Positions 7,534-20,855 of a stretch of DNA of 64,000 nucleotides are shown here, one piece after another. The notes below the pieces were generated by a model. That model worked only from the letters and a program-made list of their open reading frames with translations. It did no database searches and was not told the DNA's origin. This stretch comes from Spirochaetales bacterium. Lineage in GTDB: Bacteria; Spirochaetota; Spirochaetia; JABEVK01. Location: positions 1 through 64,000 of the forward strand of contig JBAXAI010000014.1 of the NCBI GenBank assembly GCA_037142615.1, given 5' to 3'. The position numbers were made by a program, and so were the translations under genes. Position 1 is the first letter of the stretch. Each line of letters starts with the position of its first letter.

Positions 7534-8586
7534 CTACAGAAGGCCTTCGAGGTTTTCGGGAAGGACGACATCGAGCGGCAAGGTGATGCTGGCAGGCAAA
7601 GCTTCGTGAAAAAGCAAGTGGCGGCCCAGTAACCGCAGCGCCTCGGCCCCCATGGTTTCGGGGCGTTGCGAGATCAGCATGTCGATGCGCCCCTCCCTTA
7701 GGGCCTGAACGTTCGGGTCGGTCAAATCGTAGCCGACCAGACGCAAGCCGGGGCCCAGCCGCGCGTACTCGCCCACGTTGGCGTTGGGAACGAATAGACC
7801 TGCCAACTGCGGGTGAGTCAAAAGAAAGCGGGCCACCTCGAGCCGGCGCTCTTCCACAGGCGCCGCGAACGTTTGGGGTAGCGCAATCACCGGATGCCCC
7901 AGGGCGCTGCACCTAGACTCAAAGCCCAAGGCCCGCTGAAACAGGTGCTGGTCGTCTTCCTCAAACCGCACCAAACCCAGCGGCAGGCCCGCCGGCACCG
8001 CGAGGGCCAGAAGCCTCGCCGCCAGTTGACCTCCCAGAAAAGGGTCCTGGCCGACGAAACCGTGCGGGTGCTCGCACTTCATGTCCGTATCAAAAAAGAC
8101 GACCGGAAAGTCAGGCGGCAGGGCATCGACCAGAGGACCGAGCACTCGGTTGAGAATGGGCGCCAGGGCGAGGGCATCGCAGGGTGGTCGCAGCAGTTCG
8201 GCGAACGCGCGGGCACAATCGGCCCCGTCGTAGCGGTCAAACCCTTGGTAGTGCACCGTTAGTTGAAACGGCGCCAGCTCGGTGGCCATGCGGCGGATGC
8301 CTTTTTCGATGGCACTCCAGTAGCCAAAGTCCTGCTCGGAGCGGGGCATCAGCACCCCGACCGTGTAAGCTCTACCGGCCGACAGGCGGCTGGCGAACAC
8401 GTTGGCCTTGTACCCCCGCTCGGCGATGAGGCCTTCGATTTTGGCGGTATTCTCGGCCGAGACGCGCCCCCGCTGGTGCAACACCCTGTCGACGGTGCCG
8501 ATCGACACCCCGGCCAGTCGGGCGAGTTCCTTGATGGTCAGGGGGGCCAAGGCCTCATTTCTGCCCGTAATACGCCCCCGGGCCAT
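7534..8586 (-). CDS. LacI-family regulator of the ara operon
   Basis: TIKELARLAGVSIGTVDRVLHQRGRVS HTH plus a sugar-binding domain. The true start may be TTG near 8550. Confidence 0.9.
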   Translation of the reverse strand: MARGRITGRNEALAPLTIKELARLAGVSIGTVDRVLHQRGRVSAENTAKIEGLIAERGYKANVFASRLSAGRAYTVGVLMPRSEQDFGYWSAIEKGIRRMATELAPFQLTVHYQGFDRYDGADCARAFAELLRPPCDALALAPILNRVLGPLVDALPPDFPVVFFDTDMKCEHPHGFVGQDPFLGGQLAARLLALAVPAGLPLGLVRFEEDDQHLFQRALGFESRCSALGHPVIALPQTFAAPVEERRLEVARFLLTHPQLAGLFVPNANVGEYARLGPGLRLVGYDLTDPNVQALREGRIDMLISQRPETMGAEALRLLGRHLLFHEALPASITLPLDVVLPENLEGLL

Positions 8587-9271
8587 GTTTGCGCTCGTAG
8601 TGCTTGGCGATCAGGTGCGGCGGCAACCCGGGCACGGGGAGTCCACCGGCTGCGATCCGCGACAGGAGGGCCATTTTGGCGATTTCCTCGAGCACGACCG
8701 CGTGGTACAGGGCTTTGGCTGCGGTGGTGCCCCAAGTGAACGGTGCGTGGCCACCCACCAGAACCCAGCAGACCTCTTCGGGGCTGAGGGCGGGTTTGGC
8801 GGCCAAGAATGTTTGAACGATCAGGTTGCCGGTCTCGAGCTCGTAGTCGCCCTTCACCTGCTCGGCCGAAAGTTGGGGCGTGCAGGGCACCTCGAAGGGG
8901 CTGTGGTCGGCGTGGGTGGTGCCCCACACCGGCAGGGGAAGCTGCGCCTGGGCCCACGCGGTGGCGTGTGTCGAGTGGGTGTGCACGATGCCGCCCAAGG
9001 TGGGGAACGCCTGGTAAAGCACCCGGTGCGTCGGCGTGTCGCTCGAGGGGCGGAGCTTGCCCTCAACGACCTTGCCGTCCAGATCGACCACGACCAAATC
9101 GTCGACTTTCAGCTTCTCGTAGGGCACTCCGCTGGGCTTGATGGCCAGCACTCCGCGCGCACGGTCGAAGGCCGACACGTTGCCCCAGGTGAACAACGCC
9201 AGCCCGTGCTTGGGAATCTGCAGGTTGGCCTCGAAGGCCTCCTCTTTCAGACTCTGGTAAGCCGAGCTCAC
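8555..9271 (-). CDS. araD: L-ribulose-5-phosphate 4-epimerase
   Basis: LFTWGNVS, IKPSGV, PSSDTPTH, IVHTHS, KHYERKHGPGAYYGQK; GTG overlaps the araA stop. Confidence 0.95.
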   Translation of the reverse strand: MSSAYQSLKEEAFEANLQIPKHGLALFTWGNVSAFDRARGVLAIKPSGVPYEKLKVDDLVVVDLDGKVVEGKLRPSSDTPTHRVLYQAFPTLGGIVHTHSTHATAWAQAQLPLPVWGTTHADHSPFEVPCTPQLSAEQVKGDYELETGNLIVQTFLAAKPALSPEEVCWVLVGGHAPFTWGTTAAKALYHAVVLEEIAKMALLSRIAAGGLPVPGLPPHLIAKHYERKHGPGAYYGQK

Positions 9272-10776
9272 CGGAAGTTCCCCTTGAACGCCAGAAGTTC
9301 TTGTACGGCCAGCGTTTGGCGTACGCTTTCGAGGGTGCTCCCCTTGCCAATGCACACGTATTCCAAGCCCAGTTGGTCGGCGTACATCTGCAAAATCTCG
9401 GCGTTCACGGCGGTGGAGTAGGCCGTGTGGTGCGCACCGCCGGCCCAGATCCAGCCTTCGAGCCCGGTGCGGAAGTCGGGGTAGGGAATCCAGACGGCCT
9501 GCGCGACCGGCAACTTGGGCATGGTGTGCGGCACGGCGATGGTTTTCACCTCGTTGACCAGCAAGCGGAAGCGGTCGCCGAACTCGACCAGACTGGCGTT
9601 GGTGGCTTCGCCGGGGGCCGCGTTGAACACCAAGCGGGCCGGGTCGTCCTTGCCTCCGATGCCCAGCGGGTGGATCTCGATCTTGACCGGTCCCGTGGCG
9701 ATGCTGGGGCAGATTTCGAGCATGTGGCTGCCGAGCACCATCTCTTTCCCGCCTTCCAGGTGGTAGGTGTAGTCTTCCATAAAGCTGGTGGCGCCCGGCA
9801 GACCGTCGCCCATGAGTTTCACCGCGCGCACCAGTGCGGCCGTCTTCCAATCCCCTTCGCCGGCAAAGCCATAGCCCTTGGCCATCAGTCGCTGGGCGGC
9901 AAGGCCCGGCAGTTGGTCGAGCCCATACAGGTCTTCAAAGCTGGTGGTGAACCCGAGGTATTTGCCTTCGACGAGGAAGGCCTCGATCGCGATTTCGAGG
10001 CGGGCCTGCACCTTGAGCCGGTCGAGCTGTTTAGGCGTGTTCAGCAGCTCGGAGGCGATGACGTAGGTTTTCTTGTACTCGTCGAGAAGCTTGTCGACCT
10101 GCGCGGGCGTGACGGCGGCAACGCGTTTGACCAGTTCGCCGACGCCGTAGCTGTTCACGCTCCAGCCCAGTTGGATCTGCGCCGCGACCTTGTCGCCGTC
10201 GGTGACTGCCACCTCGCGCATGTTGTCACCGAAGCGGACGAAGCGGGCCGAACGCCCTTCGGTGACGGCGGCGGCGGCGCGGCTCCAAGCCCCCACGCGG
10301 CGCTGGGTTTCCTTGTCTTGCCAATGGCCGGCGATGATGGAGCGCTTGAGGCCCAGGCGGGCCGTGATGTGGCCGTACTCGCGGTCGCCGTGGGCACTTT
10401 GGTGCAGGTTCATGTAGTCCATGTCGATGGTGCCCCATGGAAGGTCGCGGTGGAACTGCGTGTGCAGTTGCAACAGCGGCTTTTTCAGCACCATCAGGCC
10501 GCGCACCCACATTTTGGCGGGGCTGAAGGTGTGCATCCAGGTGATGACGCCCGCGCACTTCTTGTCGGCGGTAGCGGCCTCGCACACGGCTGAGATGCCG
10601 TCGGCGGTGAGCACTGTAGGCTTCCAGACGATGGGATAGGGGACGGCACCGCAGGAGTTCAGGCCTTTCACAACCTCCTGGCTGTCTTTGGCGACCTGCT
10701 CGAGCGTGGCAGGACCATACAGGTCCTGGCTGCCGGTGACGAACCACAGTTCAAAGTCTGGTTTTTGCGAAATCAT
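9268..10776 (-). CDS. araA: L-arabinose isomerase
   Basis: WFVTGSQDLYG, WMHTFSPAKMW, NLHQSAHGDRE, GEGDWKTA, MEDYTY, GSHMLE, GGAHH. Confidence 0.97.
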   Translation of the reverse strand: MISQKPDFELWFVTGSQDLYGPATLEQVAKDSQEVVKGLNSCGAVPYPIVWKPTVLTADGISAVCEAATADKKCAGVITWMHTFSPAKMWVRGLMVLKKPLLQLHTQFHRDLPWGTIDMDYMNLHQSAHGDREYGHITARLGLKRSIIAGHWQDKETQRRVGAWSRAAAAVTEGRSARFVRFGDNMREVAVTDGDKVAAQIQLGWSVNSYGVGELVKRVAAVTPAQVDKLLDEYKKTYVIASELLNTPKQLDRLKVQARLEIAIEAFLVEGKYLGFTTSFEDLYGLDQLPGLAAQRLMAKGYGFAGEGDWKTAALVRAVKLMGDGLPGATSFMEDYTYHLEGGKEMVLGSHMLEICPSIATGPVKIEIHPLGIGGKDDPARLVFNAAPGEATNASLVEFGDRFRLLVNEVKTIAVPHTMPKLPVAQAVWIPYPDFRTGLEGWIWAGGAHHTAYSTAVNAEILQMYADQLGLEYVCIGKGSTLESVRQTLAVQELLAFKGNFR

Positions 10777-10786
10777 GGGGAGCTCC

Positions 10787-12436
10787 CTATTTTTGCGATT
10801 CCACCAAGGAACCGAGGGCGAGATATTTCTTGTAGATTCGGTCGTAGAGCTGGGCGGCCTCGGGGTCGGGAGTGAACGTCAGGTCAAAGCCGGGGAACAT
10901 CTTGGCCTGGGCTGCCTCGACGGTGGGGTAGAGCCCAGCCACAGTCGCTGCGAACATGCCGGCTCCGAGCGCGCAGGCCTGGTCGCTCGCCCCCACACGG
11001 ATGGAACGGTTGAGCACGTCCGAGAGCACCTGCATCACCAAACGGCTCTTGCGGGTGATGCCGCCGATGGCGATGATGCCGTCGACCTTGACCCCCTGCG
11101 CCTCGAAACGTTCGACGATGGCGCGGCTGCCGTAAGCGGTCGCTTCGACGAGAGCGCGGTAGACGCGGGGAGCGTCGGTGCCCAGCTTGAGCCCGGTGAG
11201 CGCTCCGGCAAGCAACGGGTCGGCGTCGGGTGTGCGGCGGCCGTTGAGCCAGTCGAGGGCCAACACATTGTCTTCGGCAGGAGGAATCTGAAGCGCTTCG
11301 GCTTCGAGCGCGGGGATGATCTTGTCGGCCAGCGCCTCTGCCTGTTCGGCGGGCAAAAACTGCACCAGCGGCCAGGCCAGCAAATTGCGGAACCAAGCAT
11401 ACACGTCGCCGTACGCCGACTGGCCCGCCTCGTAACCGAGCCAGCCGGGAACGATGGAACCGTCGACCTGGCCACAAATGCCCGCGACCACCTTCTCGGT
11501 AGTTCCTTTGCTGGGGAGGGGGGCGGTGACGACGTCGCAACTGCTGGTTCCCATCACTTTGACGAGCTGGTTACCGACAATGCCGCCCCCGAGCGCGCCC
11601 ATGTGCACGTCGAACGCACCTGTGCCGATCACGGTGGTGGCCGGAAGGCCGAGTTTGGCGGCCCATTCGGCCGTGATGGTGCCTGCAGCCTGGTCGGCCG
11701 TGGCGGTGGCCGCACCGAGGGTGTCGGCAATCTTGGACAGGCGCGGGTCGAGCGAACCCAGGAAGGCTTTGGGGTAGCCACCGAAGCTGGCGTGCCACAG
11801 GCCTTTGTGACCAGCGGCGCAGCGGCTGCGTTTCACCTGCGACGGACTTTCGTGGCCGGTGAGTCGGGCTCCGATCCAGTCGCAGTGCTCAACCATCGTG
11901 TAGGCGGCTTGCGCGACGCGTGGGTTGGCCCGCAGCACGTGCCACGCCTTGGCCCAGAACCATTCAGAGGAATAAATGCCGCCGACAAACTGCAGAACCT
12001 TCTCCTGCTTCCAACTGGCGGCCGCGACATTGATGGCTTCGGCCTCGGGGATGGCGGTGTGGTCTTTCCACAGGAGGAACATCGCATCGGGGTCAGACTC
12101 GAAGCCCGGGGTCAGTGACAGCGGCACGCCTTCGCGGTTGGCAAAAACCGGCGTCGAACCCGTGGTGTCGAGCGAAAGCGCCCTGACTTTGGCCGCTGCC
12201 GCCGGCCCAGCGGCGTTCAGAGCCTCGCGGGTGGCGGCTTCGAGCGTCTCCAGGTAGTCGAGCGGGTGCTGTCGGAACTGCTGGTGGACGGGGTCGCAGA
12301 ACAAGCCCTGCTTCCAGCGGGGGTAGTAGCGCACCCCTTGGCCCAGAACGGCTCCGTTGGCAGGGTCGAGGGCCACCACCCGCACCGAGTCGGTGCCAAA
12401 ATCTGCCCCAAGGACGACATGGTCTCCAGCGTTCAT
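10787..12436 (-). CDS. araB: L-ribulokinase
   Basis: GADFGTDSVR, QFRQHPLDY, DTTGSTP, LWKDHTA, GGIYSSEWFWAK, DWLNGRRTP. Confidence 0.95.
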   Translation of the reverse strand: MNAGDHVVLGADFGTDSVRVVALDPANGAVLGQGVRYYPRWKQGLFCDPVHQQFRQHPLDYLETLEAATREALNAAGPAAAAKVRALSLDTTGSTPVFANREGVPLSLTPGFESDPDAMFLLWKDHTAIPEAEAINVAAASWKQEKVLQFVGGIYSSEWFWAKAWHVLRANPRVAQAAYTMVEHCDWIGARLTGHESPSQVKRSRCAAGHKGLWHASFGGYPKAFLGSLDPRLSKIADTLGAATATADQAAGTITAEWAAKLGLPATTVIGTGAFDVHMGALGGGIVGNQLVKVMGTSSCDVVTAPLPSKGTTEKVVAGICGQVDGSIVPGWLGYEAGQSAYGDVYAWFRNLLAWPLVQFLPAEQAEALADKIIPALEAEALQIPPAEDNVLALDWLNGRRTPDADPLLAGALTGLKLGTDAPRVYRALVEATAYGSRAIVERFEAQGVKVDGIIAIGGITRKSRLVMQVLSDVLNRSIRVGASDQACALGAGMFAATVAGLYPTVEAAQAKMFPGFDLTFTPDPEAAQLYDRIYKKYLALGSLVESQK

Positions 12437-12450
12437 CGAAGCCTCCTGTG

Positions 12451-12508
12451 TGCGTTAACGCAAATGCGGTAACGTACACATCTTGGGGCCAACGACTCTA
12501 TCTGTCAA
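12451..12508 (-). promoter_or_regulatory. araBAD promoter with tandem LacI-type operators
   Basis: TTGACA (12508-03), 17 nt, CAAGAT (12485-80). Perfect palindrome TGCGTTAACGCA (12451-62) and variant TGCGGTAACGTACA (12465-78). Confidence 0.75.
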
Positions 12509-12519
12509 GCAGGAGGGGC

Positions 12520-13002
12520 TTACTTCAACGACGCAACCACATCGGCCTCAAAGTCTGCGGGAACGGTGGTCGGCGCATAACGGCGAATGGACTGGCCGTC
12601 CTTTGAGATCAGGAACTTGGTGAAGTTCCACTTGATGTCGTCGCCCATCAGGCCGCCGGCTTCCTTTTTCAGGTAGCGGAAAACCGGGTGGGTCTCGGGG
12701 CCGTTGACGTCGATCTTGGCCATGAGCGGGAAAGTGACACCATGGTTCATCTTGCAGGTGGCCTCCATCTCGTCGTTGGAAAGGGGTTCCTGCCCGCCGA
12801 ACTGGTTACACGGGAATCCGACCACCACGAGACCTTGGTCCTTGTACCGCTGGTGCAGCATTTCCAGGCCGTCAAACTGCGGCGTCAGCCCGCACTGCGT
12901 GGCGGTGTTCACCACCAGTACCGGATGCCCTTCCCAGGAAGAAAAATCGACGGTCTTGCCGCCGGGAGTCTGGGCCGAAAGCCCGTAGAACGTGTCGCTC
13001 AT
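12520..13002 (-). CDS. Glutathione peroxidase (Cys type)
   Basis: VVNTATQCGLTPQF, GFPCNQFGGQEP, IKWNFTKFLI. Confidence 0.95.
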   Translation of the reverse strand: MSDTFYGLSAQTPGGKTVDFSSWEGHPVLVVNTATQCGLTPQFDGLEMLHQRYKDQGLVVVGFPCNQFGGQEPLSNDEMEATCKMNHGVTFPLMAKIDVNGPETHPVFRYLKKEAGGLMGDDIKWNFTKFLISKDGQSIRRYAPTTVPADFEADVVASLK

Positions 13003-13044
13003 CAAATCACCTCAGACTCAAAATGATTGTGTGCAATCGAAAAG

Positions 13045-13446
13045 TCAAGTTGAAGGGGACGCGGCGTTCAGCTTCGCCTTTCGCACACTCCAATCGGGCA
13101 GGTGCTGCGTCATCAAGGCTTTGAACCGGGCGTTGTGGCTCGGCTCGAGCAGGTGAACCAGTTCGTGGACGACCACGTATTCCAGGCACTCGGGGGGCTT
13201 GGTCGCCAAGGCCAGCGCCAGCCAGATGCGCTTGGCGGCCGGGTTGCAGCTGCCCCAGCGCGTGCGCATCCGCTTGACGCCCCACGCTGCCGTCTTGACG
13301 CCGAGCCTGGGCTCCCAAGTGGCGAGGAGCAGCGGGATCGCGGCCTTCAGTTGGGCCCGGTGGAGTTTTTCGCGCGCCGGATCACGCAGGGGCTGGTATC
13401 GGGCGCGCCGGGGCGTGTTGCCAAACAACCACTGAAGCAGGTCCAT
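13045..13446 (-). CDS. YgjP/DUF45 (M48-like) metal-dependent hydrolase, short form
   Basis: [30 protein letters not shown]. Confidence 0.85.
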   Translation of the reverse strand: MDLLQWLFGNTPRRARYQPLRDPAREKLHRAQLKAAIPLLLATWEPRLGVKTAAWGVKRMRTRWGSCNPAAKRIWLALALATKPPECLEYVVVHELVHLLEPSHNARFKALMTQHLPDWSVRKAKLNAASPST

Positions 13447-13492
13447 GAGCGCATGTATACCAAAAAACGCCGATTTCTGGCAGTATCGCGCC

Positions 13493-17188
<3,696 letters not shown>

Positions 17189-17213
17189 GGGTCAGTCGGT
17201 TAGGCTAGAGCGT

Positions 17214-19169
17214 ATGCCAGCGTTTGCCAATCAACCGCATTGGGCCCACTCGGTACTCGAGTTCACCACCACCGGATTTGCCACCAAGGACGTCAACGGC
17301 AACTTCGTGGATATGAACCCGGCCTTTTGTCACCTGCTTGGCTACAAGCGCGAAGAGCTGATCGGCAAGAGCTACCAAACCGTGACGCATCCCGACGACT
17401 GGGCCCGCACCCGCGAAGCCCTTGCCCAGTTGACTGACGGGCGGCTCACCGAACTGGCTTGGACCCAACGCTGCGTCACCAAGTCTGGCGCGTTGCTTCC
17501 CTGCCGCAAGAAAGTCACTTCCGCAGTCCTCGACGGGGTCAAGTACCTGGTACTTCAGATGGAAGACCTCAGCGTCGATCTGCTGCTGGAGGAAGCCCAA
17601 CGTGAACTGAACAACGTACTCAACGCGGCTACCGATTTTTCTCTCATCGCCACCAATCTCGCGGGTACCATCCGGCTGTTCAGCCATGGGGCCGAGGTTC
17701 TGCTGGGGTACCGTGCCGAGGAAGTGGTTGGAAAAGCCAGCCCGGCGCTCTTTCATGATGCCGATGAGCTCAAGGCGAGGGAACTCGAACTGAGCGCCGA
17801 ACTTGGTTTTCCCGTCGAGGGCTTCGAGATCTTCATCCAGCAGGCAAGAACCGGGGTGAGCGAGCGCCGCTCGTGGACCTACCTCGCAAAGGACGGTACC
17901 AGGATACCCGTGTCGCTTGTGGTAGCGCCCGTAGTGGTGCAAGGGGCCGGACTCACGGGTTATCTTGGGGTCGCACGCAACACGTCGGCCGAGATCGAAA
18001 CCCGGCACCGCATCATCGAGGCCGTCGAGGCAGCCGAGGCGGCCAACCAGTCCAAGAGCCTCTTCCTGGCGAACATGAGCCACGAAATTCGCACGCCCAT
18101 GAACGGCGTTTTGGGAATCGCCCAGCTCCTGCTTGATACCGAGCTCGATTCGAAGCAGCGCGACTATGTGGGGATGATACAGAGCGCCGGGCGGTCACTG
18201 CTGCAGATCATCAATGACATCCTCGATTTTTCCAAAATTGAAGCCGGCAAGCTGGAAATCACGCCGGCTCCCTTCAGTCCCGACGAGCTACTGCGTACGT
18301 TGTCGGGCATGCTCGGTCTCAAAGCCAGCGAAAAGGGCCTGAGCTTCGAGATTCGCGCCGAGGACCCTCTTCCCCCGTGCGCCAGCGGGGATTCTCTGCG
18401 CATCCAGCAGGTTCTGGTCAACCTCATTGGCAACGCGATCAAGTTCACGGCCAAGGGCAGCGTCATCCTCACCGTCAGCAGGGTTGGCTCAGTGGATTCC
18501 GTCGGCGGCTTGTGGCAGTTCCGGGTGGCCGACACCGGAGTCGGACTGACCGACGAGCAAAAGGCCCGCCTGTTCCAGCCCTTTGAGCAGGCCGAGAAGT
18601 CCACCACGCGGCAGTTTGGCGGCAGCGGCTTGGGGCTGTCGATTTCCAAACGCCTGGTGTTGCTCATGGGTGGGCAGACCGGTGTCGAGAGCCGCTGGGG
18701 CGAAGGTTCGGCATTCTGGTTCCGGATACCGCTCGAGGAAGTGGAAAGCTCCTCCGAACCCGTGGCGGTCACGCCCCGGCTCGAAGGTCGACTTGAAGGC
18801 TGGAACATCCTCTTGGTAGAAGACGCGCCCATCAACCAGGTGGTCGCGCGCACCATGCTCCGCAATCTGGGGGCCAACGTCGACGTCGCCGGCGACGGTC
18901 AGGTCTGCCTCGACGCGCTGGCGAAGAACCCCGGCAAGTACGACGTCATCCTGATGGACGTGCAAATGCCTGTGCTCAATGGCATCGACGCAACCTTGGC
19001 CATTCGCCATGACTTGGAGCTCGTGCTGCCCATCATCGCGCTGACGGCTGGGGTCATGGAAGAAGAACGCGAAAAGTGCCTGGCCGTTGGTATGGATGGC
19101 GTCGTACCCAAGCCGATCGAAAAAGACGTCCTTTTTCAAACCCTCAAAGCTCTCGTGGAGTTCTCATGA
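17214..19169 (+). CDS. PAS-domain hybrid histidine kinase
   Basis: Two PAS domains, [26 protein letters not shown], receiver domain with ILMDVQMP. Confidence 0.93.
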   Translation: MPAFANQPHWAHSVLEFTTTGFATKDVNGNFVDMNPAFCHLLGYKREELIGKSYQTVTHPDDWARTREALAQLTDGRLTELAWTQRCVTKSGALLPCRKKVTSAVLDGVKYLVLQMEDLSVDLLLEEAQRELNNVLNAATDFSLIATNLAGTIRLFSHGAEVLLGYRAEEVVGKASPALFHDADELKARELELSAELGFPVEGFEIFIQQARTGVSERRSWTYLAKDGTRIPVSLVVAPVVVQGAGLTGYLGVARNTSAEIETRHRIIEAVEAAEAANQSKSLFLANMSHEIRTPMNGVLGIAQLLLDTELDSKQRDYVGMIQSAGRSLLQIINDILDFSKIEAGKLEITPAPFSPDELLRTLSGMLGLKASEKGLSFEIRAEDPLPPCASGDSLRIQQVLVNLIGNAIKFTAKGSVILTVSRVGSVDSVGGLWQFRVADTGVGLTDEQKARLFQPFEQAEKSTTRQFGGSGLGLSISKRLVLLMGGQTGVESRWGEGSAFWFRIPLEEVESSSEPVAVTPRLEGRLEGWNILLVEDAPINQVVARTMLRNLGANVDVAGDGQVCLDALAKNPGKYDVILMDVQMPVLNGIDATLAIRHDLELVLPIIALTAGVMEEEREKCLAVGMDGVVPKPIEKDVLFQTLKALVEFS

Positions 19170-19771
19170 CTAAACTAATTGGTATCGCTGGCGGCTCGGG
19201 CAGCGGCAAGACGACCATCGTGCGCAAACTGACCGAAATCGCCGGCGAGTTTCTGGTGATCCCGCAAGACAATTACTACAAAGACGCGCCCACGATGAGC
19301 AACAGCAACATCACGGCGTTCAACTTTGACCACCCTTCGGCGTTCGACAACGAGCTGATGTTCCGGCAGTTGGCCGACCTTCGCGAAGGCAAGGCCGTGG
19401 ATATGCCGGTGTACGACTTTGTGCACCACCGCCGCTCCGACCAGGTGAAGCGCTTGGTTCCCGGACGGCTGGTGTTGCTCGAAGGCATCCTGATCCTGAC
19501 CGAGAAACGGGTGCGCGACCTGCTCGACCTGAAGATTTACGTCGACACGCCCGACGACATCCGGTTCATCCGCCGCATGAAGCGCGACATCAGCGAACGC
19601 GGCCGAACCGTCGACTCGGTGATCCAGCAGTACCTCGAAGTGGTGCGCCCGGGCCACTTCGAGTTCATCGAGCCGATGAAAGCCTTCGCCGATATCATTA
19701 TCCCCGAGGGCGGCGAAAACCCGCGCGCCCTCGAGGTGCTCAAAAGCTTCTTCGAAAAAGTCCTTAGTTGA
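19166..19771 (+). CDS. udk: Uridine kinase
   Basis: IGIAGGSGSGKTT, QDNYYKD, NFDHPSAFD, EGILI, RRMKRDISERGR. Confidence 0.95.
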   Translation: MTKLIGIAGGSGSGKTTIVRKLTEIAGEFLVIPQDNYYKDAPTMSNSNITAFNFDHPSAFDNELMFRQLADLREGKAVDMPVYDFVHHRRSDQVKRLVPGRLVLLEGILILTEKRVRDLLDLKIYVDTPDDIRFIRRMKRDISERGRTVDSVIQQYLEVVRPGHFEFIEPMKAFADIIIPEGGENPRALEVLKSFFEKVLS

Positions 19772-20666
19772 GCTCGACGCCCAGCGTGAGGGCCGCCGTG
19801 GCGAGCGCATTGTAGCTGTAGCTGCTGGCCGAAGAAGTGGTCGCAGTCTTCGCTTCGTAGGCGTTGTTGCCCTGAGCCCCGCCGCCGATCGAGCGCACCG
19901 TCACGAACGCCGTCGAGCCGGGAATGAACCGGGTTTGCAGGCTGACGCTTGTGTCCCAGAGCCATCCGGCAAAGTCCTTGGTGGCGCCGTTGAAGAAGGC
20001 GCTCGCGACGTAGATCCCGTCGGCGGTGACGTCAACGCCAAACTCGGGCGTGAACCAGTGGGCGTAGCGGGTCTTGAGAATGGGCACCGGACCGATGTTC
20101 TGGCTGATGGCGCGCTGGCTTCCGTCGGTGCTCGTGAACGAAATCGAGGCGTTGCGGATCTGCAGGCTCAGCCCCGCACCAAGAATCTCGCCGCGCCCTT
20201 GGGCAAAGTTGTACAACCAGCTGGCCCGCCAGAAGTCAAATCCATACACCAAGTCCAGCGGAACGTTGTTCCCGAAGGTGACGCCATCGACCACGACCGA
20301 CGAAGGGGTGCCGTTCTTGCCCACGACGGTCTTGGTGGCCAGCGTCAGCGGCTGGTAGAGCAGGGTGACGATGTTGGCTTCGCCGAGGTGAAAATCGACC
20401 GACAAGCGCTGGTAGGGGAACAAGATGTCCTGCCCACCCTGCGTGATGAAATTGAACGGCGTGTCGGTCGAGCTGCCGCCGGATTGGTACAGATGCGACA
20501 GGATGGCCACGACGCCCGTTTCAAAGTGCGGAACGATCTGCACGAACGGCGGCGGCCGGTCATTGGGAAGCGGTTGGTCTCCCAGCAGGGGCTGGTCTGC
20601 CAGCAGGGCGGCCGAACTCAGGATGAGGACCGTAACGGCCACAAAAAAGCGGTTGCGAACAAGCAT
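19764..20666 (-). CDS. Exported protein, probable outer-membrane beta-barrel
   Basis: Signal peptide, amphipathic aromatic-rich strands, C-terminal LTLGVELN; GGAG RBS. Confidence 0.6.
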   Translation of the reverse strand: MLVRNRFFVAVTVLILSSAALLADQPLLGDQPLPNDRPPPFVQIVPHFETGVVAILSHLYQSGGSSTDTPFNFITQGGQDILFPYQRLSVDFHLGEANIVTLLYQPLTLATKTVVGKNGTPSSVVVDGVTFGNNVPLDLVYGFDFWRASWLYNFAQGRGEILGAGLSLQIRNASISFTSTDGSQRAISQNIGPVPILKTRYAHWFTPEFGVDVTADGIYVASAFFNGATKDFAGWLWDTSVSLQTRFIPGSTAFVTVRSIGGGAQGNNAYEAKTATTSSASSYSYNALATAALTLGVELN

Positions 20667-20754
20667 GAAAATCTCCTTGCGCACAATCTAATCAAGGGAA
20701 TTTCGAAAGTGAAGAGGGAAAAGGAGATTTTATGAACTTTGGTTCACTAAGCCA

Positions 20755-20853
20755 CCGCGGCAACGCCGAGATCGCCGGGAATCCGGCCCCCGTGACCGGC
20801 CGGAGCCGAGGAAGAGGCGCCGCGGCAACGCCGAGATCGCCGGGAATCCGGCC
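20755..20853. repeat. Exact 34-bp direct repeat pair with 31-bp spacer
   Basis: CCGCGGCAACGCCGAGATCGCCGGGAATCCGGCC at 20755-20788 and 20820-20853. Confidence 0.9.
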
Positions 20854-20855
20854 GG

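Noticed and set aside
6431-7912. Long antisense ORFs (also 9301-10593, 10688-12118, 25303-26619, 50373-51794, 55167-56789, 59978-61456)
   Set aside because: Shadow frames expected in high-GC coding DNA; no motifs, and they lie opposite well-supported genes.
8555-9850. Extended ORF calls for araD (also 29197-31029, 40824-42902, 58333-59793, 58408-59742, 46473-47981)
   Set aside because: The extensions overlap real neighbouring genes in other frames and are Arg/Pro-rich; starts were reset using family similarity and RBS/-10 signals.
12520-13002. Selenocysteine glutathione peroxidase
   Set aside because: The catalytic codon is TGC (Cys), with no in-frame TGA.
13447-13492. Cobalamin or SAM riboswitch before metH; purine riboswitch before the BMP gene
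   Set aside because: Only 46 bp separate the divergent starts at metH, and the BMP leader is short with no recognisable aptamer.
20755-20853. CRISPR array
   Set aside because: Only two repeats, no cas genes, and no typical repeat ends; kept as a plain direct repeat.
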